Positions 26,420-39,060 are shown, counted from the first letter of the whole stretch. The stretch: 62,916 nucleotides of DNA, filler included, from Octopus bimaculoides (GCF_001194135.2; 6 parts of 6 records of this genome joined end to end with filler, not necessarily neighbours in it), one strand, 5' to 3'. The notes: generated by a model not told the origin, from the letters alone. A program made the numbers and translations.

Positions 26420-26985
26420 TAGATATCAGCTAGCTAGACAGCCAATTAATTAACTTTAACAACCTAATGAATTTTTTTACCTAACAATCTATCTACCAAT
26501 CTGGCTATCTGTGCAGCTAGCTAAATAGCCTGTTAAGTAACTGTAGAACAACCTAATCAATTTGTTACTTAACAATTTATCTACCAATCAGGCTATTTGT
26601 CCAACTAGCTAGATAGCAAGTTAACTATATAACAACCTAATCAATTTGTTACCTAACAATCTACCTATCAATCTGGATATCTGTCCAGTTAGCTAGATAG
26701 TCAGTTAATTAACTATATAACAACTGAATCAATTTGTTACCAAACAATCTACTTATTTGGTGATTTGTTCAGCAAGTTAACCACCTGTTAGTTAACTACA
26801 TGACCTAATCAATTAGTTATCTAACAGCCTAACTACCAATCTGGCAATCTGTCCAGCTAGCAAGATAACCAGTTAATTAGCTACATGACAACTAAGTCGA
26901 TTAATTATCCAACAATCTATCTACCAATCTGGCTATTTCTCCAGCCAGCTAGATAGCAAGTTAGCTGTCCTATCTACCAATTAGA
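26420..26985. repeat. ~85-bp minisatellite, about 6.5 units, LZIC intron 2
   Basis: Unit aacaacctaatcaatttgttacctaacaatctatctaccaatctggctatctgtccagctagctagatag... recurs near 26458, 26547, 26631, 26719, 26802 and 26887. Confidence 0.88.
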
Positions 26986-27017
26986 ATGTCACTCACCATT
27001 GTCATACAAATTGTTTA

Positions 27018-27197
<180 letters not shown>

Positions 27198-27662
27198 TCA
27201 GTAGAATTCAGGTCAGTGTAGCCAAATGCCACAAAGAAACAAAAGAAAAACAAAAATGAGAAAAGGAATATAAAGCTGGTGGGATTGTGTTAAAAATGTA
27301 ACAAATACCATAATTTCTGGCATACAAGTTAAATATTTCAGACCAAAATTTACAGTTAAAAATATGTGGGTTGACTTATACACCAAGATAAAACTATGAA
27401 GGACCAAAAATTCCACGTAAAATGCAACAGGATTTGGAAAGATTACATGTTTACACGATATACCATATTGACCTGTATGCCAGAAAAATACAGCATATAT
27501 ATTTTACTCTCTTTATGTTGTGAGTTCAATTCTCATTGGGGTCAACCTAAAACTGTTTTTCTTCTGGAATTATTAAAATACCAGTAACATAAGCAGGATT
27601 GATTCAAATAACTATTGCGCTCTCACAAATTTGTGGATTTGCATCAGTTTGACGAATATATA

Positions 27663-27716
<54 letters not shown>

Positions 27717-27976
27717 TATTTAACAATTCAACAATGTTATTTTGAATATTTTTTTTAATGATATTGTGTTGTTGATTACTGGGTCTTTGGATTCACCTGT
27801 GACATGTTACTAGTAAAAACATCTATTAGTTTTCTTATAGATATTCTTTTAATTGTGGTTGAGATTTGAAGCATAATGATATTTTTTTAAAGTGGCAGTT
27901 GGCTGTTGTTAGTAGTAGTATTGACAGAAGTAGTATAAAACAAAATATGACAGATAAAGAATATGCAGTTCACTTA

Positions 27977-28090
<114 letters not shown>

Positions 28091-28461
28091 TCAGGTCACC
28101 TGAAATGACCATGGCATTATCAATAAGGCTCACATATCTCCTACAATATCCTATTTTCTCAACATTTGTAGAAAAGCACATTTAGGAAATCATGTTTGCT
28201 GTTTACATGAATGAACTACCAGTTCAAGAGAGCGTGATACTAGATTTTGTATTCAAGGGAGATAATTAATGTAAGGTAAATAATTAAAGCTGTATTATTT
28301 AGGTAATTAAAAAAAAAAAATTATTTCAAAGTGTTAGCTCTGATCAGATATGAATTATTACATCATTCCTTTAAGGCAGAATCTTTTTGATGAATGGCCA
28401 TCATTGGAGTAGCGAAAGGTAGCAGCCAAAACCTTTTGCAAACTTCGCTCTACTGTCTTAA

Positions 28462-28679
28462 CCCTTTCGTTACCAACCTGGCTGAAACTGGCTCTGGCTC
28501 TGAGTACAAATGTCTTGTTTTTATAAGTTTTGAATTAAAATCTTCTACCGAACCTTAGTCACAATTTATGTTCCTAACACTAGCTGAATGATAAGTAAGT
28601 TATTTTACTAAATTCTTGGTTATATTTAAAGTAATTCAAAGAAACAGAGCATCTCAAAATAAATACGGTAACGAAAGGG
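28462..28679. mobile_element. piggyBac-type MITE, 218 bp
   Basis: TTAA|CCCTTTCGTTACC ... GGTAACGAAAGGG|TTAA: perfect 13-bp TIR and TTAA TSD. Confidence 0.85.
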
Positions 28680-29323
28680 TTAAGCAAGAAATGGCATAAG
28701 GGAAATGTCCTTAATGTACAAAATAAGATAGTTATGCCTCAATGCCCTTCATCACAGGTCTATCTAAGCAGGGCTGACCTGGGGCTAAACAAAAACAGAG
28801 GTTTATTAAGTGTGTGTGTGTGTGTGTGTGTTTTGTAATGATTGTTGTAGTTTTAGCAGTGAAAGTTGCCAGAAAACTGATTCTGCAACTCAAGTTCAAT
28901 ACCCAGTCAAAGTAGCTGTTTTACTGGTTTCAGTAATTATTTTATGTGAAAAGCATGAATATCCCAACTTCACTTTCTCTATGTACTGAGCTTACAGAGG
29001 TCAACTGCACTTCACCTATGCAGACTGAGCTAACAAGAGGCAGAGATTAATGTATACAGTACAGGGCTGTTAGCAAAGACGGCTGACCACCTCACTCACT
29101 CTGGCTGTCAGTTATAACATCCTGATGAATCACCCCAGCCCTGACTCCACTACAGAATGTAAAAGAGTATATATATATATATATATACACTCACACACAC
29201 ATGTATGTATGCATCAATGTAGGTGTGTGTGTGGGGGGAGGGTGCATGCAGTTGTTGGGCTAGGTGCTGTTTGGAATCAGTCAGTGGCCATAACATTCCA
29301 AATATAAGTGTATGTATGTGTAT

Positions 29324-29362
<39 letters not shown>

Positions 29363-29904
29363 TTTGTGTGTGTGTAAGAGCTACAATAACATAGTAACGG
29401 GTTGTGTGAGGGAAATGTGGAGAAAAAGAGAGGAAGTGAAGTGTTAAGGAATGCAGGAGTATGTTAGAATAAGGTAAAATATTCATTTAATGATTTATGC
29501 AGCAGAAATATTTCCATAGCTCCTTTGTTCTGGCTGAATCTTTACTGAATGCATTCCACAACGAAGCCAGTATATAGATTAGAACCTGCTATCATTAGAT
29601 AACACACATTCCATGGCAGTTAAACATCAGCTGGGAGCATGGAGAACAAGGAGAGGAGAGAGGGAGAAAGGAAGAGGGAGAGAGAGATAGAGGCAGGGTG
29701 TAATTCTTCAGAGTTTTGTGTAGGATTGTTATGAGTTTATCAATAAGTTTCTTGTTCTTGTTATTGTGTAACCTACCTGTCTCTTGGTCAGCCCTACCTG
29801 ATCAAAGGTATGGGCTCAAGGTAACTGGTCACTCTGGCACAAAACTAACTGGTCAAAAGGACTAAGTGATTCATAGATTTAGCACTCCAGATATTCAATA
29901 ATTA

Positions 29905-30230
29905 TGTCTGTTATGTATGACCACACTACACCATAGAGTGGTTTATGTTTGGTGTATGACCACACTATACACTACACCATAGAATGGTATAAATCTGGTG
30001 TATGACCACACTATACACATCATGGAGTGGGGTGTATTACCACACTACACACAACATCATGGAGAGGAGTAAGTCTGATGTATGACTACACTATACACTA
30101 CATCATGGAGTGGTATATACACTAGTGTATGATCACACTATATGCAACATCATAGAGCGGGGTGTATGACTAAATTATAGACAACATACTAGAGTGGTAT
30201 AACCACACCACTATGCACCATGCCATGCAC
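29905..30230. repeat. 35-47-bp minisatellite, about 7 units
   Basis: Recurring gtatgaccacactatacactacatcatggagtgg. Confidence 0.85.
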
Positions 30231-31122
30231 TGGTTCATTGTATGGGTGACAGTCTGGAAATATATTTTGTCTGCTATCTGTAGTCTGTTGTTGTTTAGCC
30301 CCGAGTCAGCTCTAATCTTGCAGACCTATAATCAAAGACATTCCAGCTATGACGATCACATCTTTTGAAAAGCATCTAAGAATACATTTTCTGTGTTCTT
30401 ATCTATTTTAAGACCAAACTAGGACTAGGTTGCTATTTCTAGCAGGTTATTATCTCGTAGTATTCTATGATATGTTCTAGTGGTGCTCTGGATTGGTGTT
30501 CTATAGTGCCTGGGTGTTTGGTGATGGCAGCACATATATTGGTAGGGAGAATTGTATAGAAGAAGGATGGTCCTTGATGTAGGGTAGGGTCTAGTATAGG
30601 CTGGAAGCTTGGTGTGGGATGGGGCTTTGGTGAGAGGTAGGGCTTGGTGTGGGATGGGACTTGGTGTAGGATGAGGTTTGATATGGGAGAGGTCTTGTAG
30701 GACTGGGGGTTTCATATGGAAAGGGGCTAAGCTTCTGGTATGTCTTGATATAGAATGGAGGATGGGATGGGATTTAGTGTGGGATAGGAGCTGGGTGTAA
30801 AATGGACCTTGGAGTTTAGTGTAGAAAGGGGCTTGGTGCAGAATAAAGCTTGATAAAGGTAGGGTTTTTTTTTTTTATATGAAAAGGAATTTGTTTTAAG
30901 GTGGAGCTTGAAACTAAATGAAAAGATGAAACAAACTAGTGATAAAACAAAGCTGAGGGGATAATTCTTCTATTGCTACAACACTGGTACCTATTTCTGT
31001 CAACGAATGGAGGATGAAAGGCAAAGTTGTCCTTGGGTGGGTATGGGAGGAAATTTGAACTTGAAATGTAAAAGGGCATAACTATCACAAGGCACTACTT
31101 ATGTTTCCTTGTTGATTTTGCC

Positions 31123-31175
<53 letters not shown>

Positions 31176-31194
31176 CTTTTTTACTGTAGGCATA

Positions 31195-31332
31195 AGACCT
31201 GAAATTTTGGGGGAAGGGACTAGTTGATTACATCGACCCTAGTGTTTTACTGGTACTTAATTTATCAACCCTCAAAGGGTGAAAGGCAAAGTCAATCTCA
31301 GCAGAATTTGAACTCAGAATGTAGCAGCAGAC
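31195..31332 (-). mobile_element. SINE family B, CpG-decayed
   Basis: Alignable to 980-1207 with CG>CA/TG at most CpGs. Confidence 0.8.
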
Positions 31333-33194
31333 ACAAATGAATAGGATGTAACAAGCTTACACCTGGTCATTCAGAATTCTGTCTGCTCAGCATACCTTTT
31401 GAAGAGGTGTTACTTGCTGAAGAGGTTTTACTGCAAATATTATTAGGAATCTCTATACTTTACTAATCTTATTTTCCACCTTTAAAAGAAGAGAACAGTT
31501 TTAGAAGCAGTACATCTTTAGTAGAAGACATTTTCAAGAGTAGGACACCTTTAAGGGAAGATAATTTCAGACATAGAACCCCTTTAGAATAGGATACTTT
31601 CAGGAATAAGGAACATTGAAGAATAGGACATTTTTGGATACAGGACACGCTTAAGAAGAGGCCACTCTATTTCTTTAGAAATAAAGTTTCTTCATTCATT
31701 TGTTTTATGTCCATTTTTTTTGCTAGCAGGGAGTTTGATGTGGAATCATCTGAAACAGGATTTTACAGCTGGTTACTCTTCTTGTCACCAACCATGTAAC
31801 CTGTTTACACAGAAGGGATTTTTATTTTTGAGATCTTTGAAACAGTAAACAGCCAAAATGTCAACGAGGGATGACAACATCATCACTGTTTTGCTCAAGC
31901 ACTGACAAGTGTGGAATGTTAACATTCACATACATTCATACACGCACATACGCACGCATGTAGAAATGTATGTATGCATGTATGTACGTGTGAATGTATG
32001 TATGTATGTGTGTACATGTGTATGTATTTGTGTGTGTGTGTGTGTGTGAATAAAAGATGGGATGGCCACAAATGGAATGCATTTTGACCAAGTTTGGTAG
32101 ATGAAGGTTGAACAGGGGCAAAATAGCAACAAGCATACCAATAATCTCGCATGTTTGTAGGAAATATACAGATCATCATCAATGTACATTTAGTACATGA
32201 AAAACTGAGGGATGGGAAAGGAATTTAAAAAAAAACCCCAAACAACTTAAGGAAAAAACGAAAAGAATCCCCGCTAACTTAATTACATTCTTTATTAAAT
32301 TTTTAGTCTGTGGCTGCAGGAATGTCATACGAGAACAACATTGGAGGAAAGGAATTATATGACATTATAATACTTGAACAGAAAGTAGAATCTTGTAAAT
32401 ATTTATAAGATTATATTTAAATGAGGGCTGTAGCCTCAGATTTTGGATAAATTGTGTAAATATACAGGACATAAGTTGCTCATGCTTACAGTGACAGTCA
32501 TATCTGTTCACAGTAAACTTCCGGAAAACAAAAAAAAAACAAAAAAATTAAAATCTTATTTTCTGTTTTTCAGATTAAATGCACCCTGACACCCACCTCA
32601 CCTTATTCGCAAGCTGCACCCTTCATACTAACATGTGGCCTTTCTGGGTTTTGTTTTGCTTTTTTTTTTTTTAAATTTGAATTCAATTTTTGTTTGTTTA
32701 AATCATTAAAAAGAAAACTCCTACAATTCTGAAGATGTTTGAGGTTGGCTTCACGAAGGGAAGGGACGGAAGAGAAAGGAAGATTTGCAATGTGGTATAT
32801 TAAGAAAGCCAGGATGTGTGTGGGTTGGAATGATACAGAATACTGTAGTGGAGGTAAAAAACTAGGTGGTTAAGGAGTTCGCTTTGCAAACACATGGTTT
32901 CAGGTTTGATCGCATGTTACAGTTCCTTGAGCAAGTGTCTTCTGCTATACTCTTGGCTTGACCAATACTTAGCGAGTGGAATATGATAGATGGAAACTGC
33001 ACAGAAGCCCATTTGTGTGTATATCTTTTGCCAATGTACTTTGGTGAAGTAAACAGAAAAACTGCACATTTTATGTAGCACTGGCATGAGTTGTTTTCAT
33101 GTGGTACCGGCACAAGACTCATGCAGGCCAATCCTCTTCACCAGGGGATGCAACCTTAAGACGTCTGCCGTGGAAGACAGATCTTCTTGAGTAC

Positions 33195-33284
33195 TTAATT
33201 TACACTGTGTTTCATAGACTGGGCTTAATTTACACTGTGTTTCATAGACTGGGCTTAATTTACACTGTGTTACATAGGCTGGGC
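33195..33284. repeat. 30-bp tandem repeat x3
   Basis: ttaatttacactgtgtttcatagactgggc twice exact, third copy with 2 changes. No spacers. Confidence 0.95.
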
Positions 33285-34077
33285 TTCCCCTTCAGGACCA
33301 GAAACTACACATACACTGGCCACATGTTTTTTCAAGGCAAATGTGAAGTCCACATGTTCAAATATCTGGGATTCAGTTGGTGCTAGATACAAATAACATT
33401 TTAGACCACATTGGCTCCTACCCTTAACCAAAACAAAATTTATTGCCATTGTTCTAAACAGTAGCACTACAGGATTAGTAAATGATTTCTGATTCTAGCA
33501 GTATTGAGTTTAAGTCCTATGTCAGCACTTCTTCTTTACTTTGATTGCATTAATGTCAACAGCCTGGAAAGGCATGCAGAAGTCAAGAGCACTGCCCCTC
33601 TACTTCTCCTGTAGAGTTTGTAGTAGTAGTAGTAATATTAGCAGAGGATAAATAAATAAACAGTTTGTTGACCAAATGATAAATGAAGAACTATCACAAA
33701 TTACAACAATGCTGCTGCCACCACCACCACCACAAGACCAACAACAACAAAAAGAGGATACATATATATATATATATACACACACACACAAAATATATAA
33801 TGGTGTGGAGGCATCTGACGCAAACACAAAGGCAGGAGAAGAATTGTGTGGTAGATGGTGGTGGTGATGATGGACAGCAGTATAGGATGAAATCCTTGTA
33901 GACAATAACACCATCAGGAGAATGGTTTATATAGAGCAGACATTCTAAAATAAGACTAAGCCAATGTCTCCCACCTCTGTACCTATCTACATCCACCCAC
34001 GGCTACTTGGGAAAATAAATTGGATTTTAGTAGTTTATCTTTGTCTTCCTACGTTTACATTTCCTGTGGTATGCATG

Positions 34078-34117
<40 letters not shown>

Positions 34118-34285
34118 TATACTCATATATTGTTTATATATATATCATCATCATCNNNNNNNNNNNNNNNNNNNNNNNNNNNNNNNNNNNNNNNNNNNNT
34201 TAATTAATTAANNNNNNNNNNNNNNNNNNNNNNNNNNNNNNNNNNNNNNNNNNNNAAGACCAAATAAACCAGTAAAAATAAGATA

Positions 34286-34347
34286 ATTCCAGATCCAGGA
34301 TTTCTAGCTTTGCATAAATAATAATGCTTTGCCTTCATCGGTGGAAT
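34286..34347 (-). ncRNA. Inverted second copy of the hammerhead-like motif
   Basis: Reverse complement of 34673-34734 with one change in stem II (GCC>GCT) that keeps pairing as a G-U wobble. Confidence 0.65.
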
Positions 34348-34616
34348 ATACTCAAATACATAAATACAAATACATGTATATAAACAGTATACTTACATAT
34401 ACGGACGTATACATACATATATATGCACGTATGCACACGACTAGCTTAAATAGCCCGCCTAAAATCTTCTCGTGCGATCCGGACAGAATATCAGCGCAGT
34501 AAATACACTGACAAAACTAATTTATATAAATAAGGATCAGATCGATATTTAAAATATTGATCCTATCAAGTGGTCAGCATGGGAATAGAAACCATCAAAG
34601 GTAATAATTATTTAAA

Positions 34617-34934
34617 ATTATAATACAGGGTATCTAAGAGATACATGTATTTGTATTTATGTACTTGAGTATATTCCACCGATGAAGGCAAAGCATTATT
34701 ATTTATGCAAAGCCAGAAATCCTGGATCTGGAATTATCTTATTTTTACTNNNNNNNNNNTTATTATTTATGCAAAGCCAGAAATCCTGGATCTGGAATTA
34801 TCTTATTTTTACTGGTTTATTTGGTCTTCGTCTTCGCTACTCGTGCTATGTGGACATTTATTGTGGTTTTAGAGTCAGAATTTGACTGCTATTTTTCAGC
34901 GTGGTGGTATCTCTTAGATACCCTGTATTATAAT
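34617..34934. mobile_element. Short non-coding unit bounded by a perfect 28-bp inverted repeat and carrying a hammerhead motif
   Basis: attataatacagggtatctaagagatac (34617-34644) is the exact reverse complement of 34907-34934. No ORF. A 10-N gap with a duplicated ~54-nt overlap lies inside. Confidence 0.7.
34673..34734 (+). ncRNA. Type I hammerhead ribozyme-like motif (U4C core variant)
   Basis: Stem I ATTCCA/TGGAAT (6 bp). Core CCGATGA (34679-34685). Stem II GGC/GCC, then an AAA/AAA loop, then GCAT/ATGC. GAAA at 34716-34719. Short quasi-palindromic stem III ATCC-T-GGAT. Cleavage triplet AUC at 34726-34728. Confidence 0.7.
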
Positions 34935-34957
34935 ATATATATATATGTATGTATATA

Positions 34958-35119
34958 GGCGCAGGTGCAGCTGTGTGGTAAGTAGCTTGCTTACTAACCA
35001 CATGGTCCCGCGCTCAGTCCCACTGCATGGCACCTTCGGGAAGTGTTTTCTGCTATAGTCTGGGACCAACCAAAGCCTTGTAAGTGGATTTGGTAGACGG
35101 AAACTGAAAGAAACCTGTC

Positions 35120-35157
<38 letters not shown>

Positions 35158-35518
35158 NNNNNNNNNNNNNNNNNNNNNNNNNNNNNNNNNNNNNNNNNNN
35201 NNNNNNNNNNNNNNNNNNNNNNNNNNNNNNNNNNNNNNNNNNNNNNNNNNNNNNNNNNNNNNNNNNNNNNNNNNNNNNNNNNNNNNNNNNNNNNNNNNNN
35301 NNNNNNNNNNNNNNNTTTCTGTATTTGTCTCCCCACCATCGCTTGACAACCGATGTTGGTGTGTTTACGCCCCCGTAAACACACGTTTCGGTTAAAGAGA
35401 CCGATAGAATAAGCACTAGGCTTACAAAGAATGAGTGCTGGTGTCGATTTGTTCGACTAAAGGCGGTACTCCAGCATGGCCACAGTCAAATTACTGAAAT
35501 AAATAAAAGAAAAGAATA
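34958..35518 (+). mobile_element. SINE family A, full length with a gap in the internal microsatellite
   Basis: Head ggcgcaggtgcagctgtgtgg to tail aataaaagaaaagaataaa. Confidence 0.88.
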
Positions 35519-36163
35519 AAATATATGTATAACTAATGTGGACAGCTGGGCGTATTTTATGAGCCATACAGGTAAAAGTTTAGTCGTCAGTAATTATCAG
35601 CAATATATGTGCTGCAAGCACATATATTGCTAGAAGGTAGATTTAAACCACTTATAGCTGCGTAAAAGCACATTTATATATACTAACGGATGGAATTGTA
35701 CAGTGTAATGTTATAACTTTGCGCTCATGGGGCAGCTATCAACACAGTCAGTGTTATATAAATGTGTTTTGCACATGGCAGCGTCCCTTTAAGCTATTTG
35801 CAGCATAACAACTATTTCGGCTGCCGTTTTTCACAGCAGAAAACAGAATTTCACGGAAACACATCGTTCATATATATATATACACAGAAAGAAATAGCTG
35901 GAGCGAGGAAAAGGGAGAAGAACGAAAGATTGTAGGGAGTGAAAGAAAGATACACAGGTGACAGCAAAAAGGAAGGGGAGAAAAGGGGTTATAACCTCTT
36001 CTTCAGGATGAGTGCATTTGTGAGTGTGTGTGTACGTCTGTGTGTGAGTGAAAATCTTTACAAGTATAAGTATTCATACAGCAATATATTCCTGTCATTC
36101 GGTCTCCGTCGACATTTCTCTACCTCTCTCCATACACACACATAGAGTGAGAGCGAAAAACAC

Positions 36164-36208
<45 letters not shown>

Positions 36209-36691
36209 GAAAGAGTTAAGTAGAGAAAATGAGATAGAGAGTAAGAAAGAGTGTGGAAGGGAAAGCGAGAGGGAAAGACTGATACTACTAAATTCTAGAA
36301 CCCTTAGTAATATTGGAAACGTCTACAATATTCACTGAAAAAGCATTGGCCGACCTAGGGTTACGGTAAATGACACTTGTCCAAGTTGTTGCGTTGTAAA
36401 CAAAACTTGAAACCAAGTGGCTGCGCCTTTTCTTTATCTTTCATCTTTTATTTCATTGAGTCTTCGCAGTGCAGACATGCTGGGGGACCCTCAAGAAGGG
36501 TTTAGTCGAACAAATCGATCTCAGTACTTTTTCATCAAGAGCCTGATGAATCTGTCCCTTTTCCTAAAACAATAGATGGCAGTTTGAGAAGCAGTGGTGG
36601 GGCTCAAACGCAAATACAAACACACACATATATATCTATATCTATATTATATATCTATATATGTGTGTGTGTGTGCACGTATGTGTGTGCA

Positions 36692-36743
<52 letters not shown>

Positions 36744-37033
36744 TCTTTTACTTGTTTCAGTCATTTGACTGCGGCCATGCTACAGCACAGCTTTAAAGGG
36801 ATTTTAGTCGAAGAAATCGACCTCAAAACTTATTCTTTGTAAGCTTAGTACTTATTTTATCGTTTCTTCTGTCGAACCGCTAAGGTACCTGGACATAAAC
36901 ACATCAACATCGATTGTCAACCGATAATGGGGGACAAACATAGAAACAAAGACACACACACAAACACATACTTAAAATTTACTGAAAACAAAAGACGAAG
37001 AGATGTATAGGAATAACAAGCAAGTGTATTAAT

Positions 37034-39060
37034 TTAACGCACGGGAAGAATGGAAAATTTGTGTGCAGTCAGTTTCTTAGGTTGGTGTAGGTTGCACCAC
37101 ATTCCCATTTGTGTATTGAGGAGCTTTTCCACTCTTTCATGTTCCTGTGATGCAACTTCTCTTATGCTGCTGATGTGCTGTTGCTTGGTCTGGAAATAGT
37201 TCTGTGGGTTGTCTATTGAGAGTCTGCCAGACTTGTCCGTAGGAAGACACAATAATTCCCCGTTCCCAATTCGCTGTTTCGGTTTTTGTAGGCCTTTGTA
37301 TATCTCCAGCAATTATAGACTTTTCTACTTCCTTTCACAGGTATTACGACCTCTCATAGAAATGTCCCTAGATGTCTGTGTAAGCACGAGAGATCTCAGT
37401 AAAATCAGTACTTGCAACAACTCCAACAACCTCACAGGTTGTGTAGTGGGCAGTATGGATGTGATTTCACTCTACCCATCTATAGACGTAGATTTTGCTG
37501 TGGAGAAATGCATTGAGATAATCTGTGAGAGTGAAGTAGAGTTCTGTGAAATCAACACGAGGGAACTGGGACTCCTCCTTAGACTAAGTTACGACAGTGA
37601 CTATTTAGGACCCATGACTTCAGTAGATTCAGCCCCACCAGGCCCTAGAGAGGAAGACAACCTACCATCACCTCAGCAGTGAAGAAAAGCACCGCAGAGC
37701 GGTGGCGTGGCTGGACCGTACCCACCCAAGACCCTGAGAGCAATAATCAGGTGAAAAGAATGATTACACATGCAATAGAGGCTAGTGTAAGAACCACCTT
37801 GAAGAACCACATAGTAAAGTTTAACAAGAAACTATAGATGCAAGTTCAAGGTGCAGCCACTTGTATCGATGTAGCTGCCTCTTCATGACCTGGTGGGACA
37901 GAAAACTTAAGTTAATCCTTAGCAGAACAGTCCCCAACTTTTCTACTTTACAGTAGGTATATAAATGACATTAATATCATAGTTAAGACCAACTCTAGTA
38001 ACGGTTATGTAGAAACTGAGAGGAACATAATGGAGAGCATCCAGCATGTAGCTAACTCCATCCACCAAAGTATCAAAGTAACAATAGATTACTCCACTAG
38101 GCACTCCAACAATAGACTCCCTGTCCTTGATACTAAACTTCGGTTAGAGACTGTGAACAACAGAGTGCAGCTCTTCCGCTCCTATAACATGAAACCCATA
38201 ACGTCGAAATATGTTGTTCACAGGAACTCGGCTTTGTCACACAACATGAAAATTAACATACTGATAGCAGAGTTAGGATAATGAACAACGTGTCCGCAAT
38301 ATGTAAACCCTACGAAACAAAGAAACATGTACAGAACTTCATGTACCGCATGCAGTACTCTGGATATGATCAGAAATATAGGGTTCGAGTATACAGAGAT
38401 GCTAGAAAGAAGTTACATAATATTAAATGTAATGATACCAGTGGTATCTGCCCTAGAAATAGAAGCAAAGACTGGAATAAGGTACAAAGAGCTTGGGACA
38501 AAACAAACAGGGTGAACACGTGGTACAAAACCGACAAATATCAAGAAGTGATGTTTGTAGATGCCACAGCCCATAGAAATTTAGATCCCGTAGATTTAGG
38601 AAAGCTCTGAAGGAGACCGAACTCAACATTAAGATTGTTGGAAAGCCAGGGGACGCCATCAGACCACAACTATGTAGGACGTACTCCTTTGAGAATACCA
38701 TACGCACCAATGATAACGGCATGGTATGTAGGATTAGCTCTGGCATTAACTGTAGAACTAGAAATATAGTCTACAACATAAGATGCATAGAAGGTGCTTG
38801 TAAAGACGTGAACATGACATACCAGGAGAGACATATAGGAGCACTGCGGAAAGACTAAATAAACATTCGAGACAATATGACGACAAAAACAGTCCTCCAT
38901 ACTCTACCAGCATGCCAGGGACCAACATAGAGGCAACCTGGGTCAACTTGACACCCGCATTTTATCCAAGCACCTGAAGGACCCAACACTCAGACAAATA
39001 CAGGAGTACGACCTCATAAATGAAACATCCCCAGCACTATATTGGAAATATACGTTGCAG
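37034..39060 (+). mobile_element. Degenerate Penelope-like retroelement (RT + GIY-YIG) with inverted 5' part
   Basis: Plus strand: LSQVLRP...VVGSMDVISLYPSID, YSRYINDI, LPVLDTKL, YNMKP, then a Cys-rich GIY-YIG region (CRTRNIVYNIRC...DPTLRQIQEYDLI). Minus strand 37034-37312: GELLCLPTDKSGRL. Multiple stops and frameshifts. Confidence 0.85.

Noticed and set aside
33195-33284. Regular 30-bp repeats resembling a CRISPR array
   Set aside because: No spacers, plain tandem repeat, eukaryotic context.
34700-34813. Tandem duplication of ~54 nt around a 10-N gap, suggesting a dimeric hammerhead
   Set aside because: Identical overlap on both sides of a minimal gap is the usual signature of unmerged contig ends.
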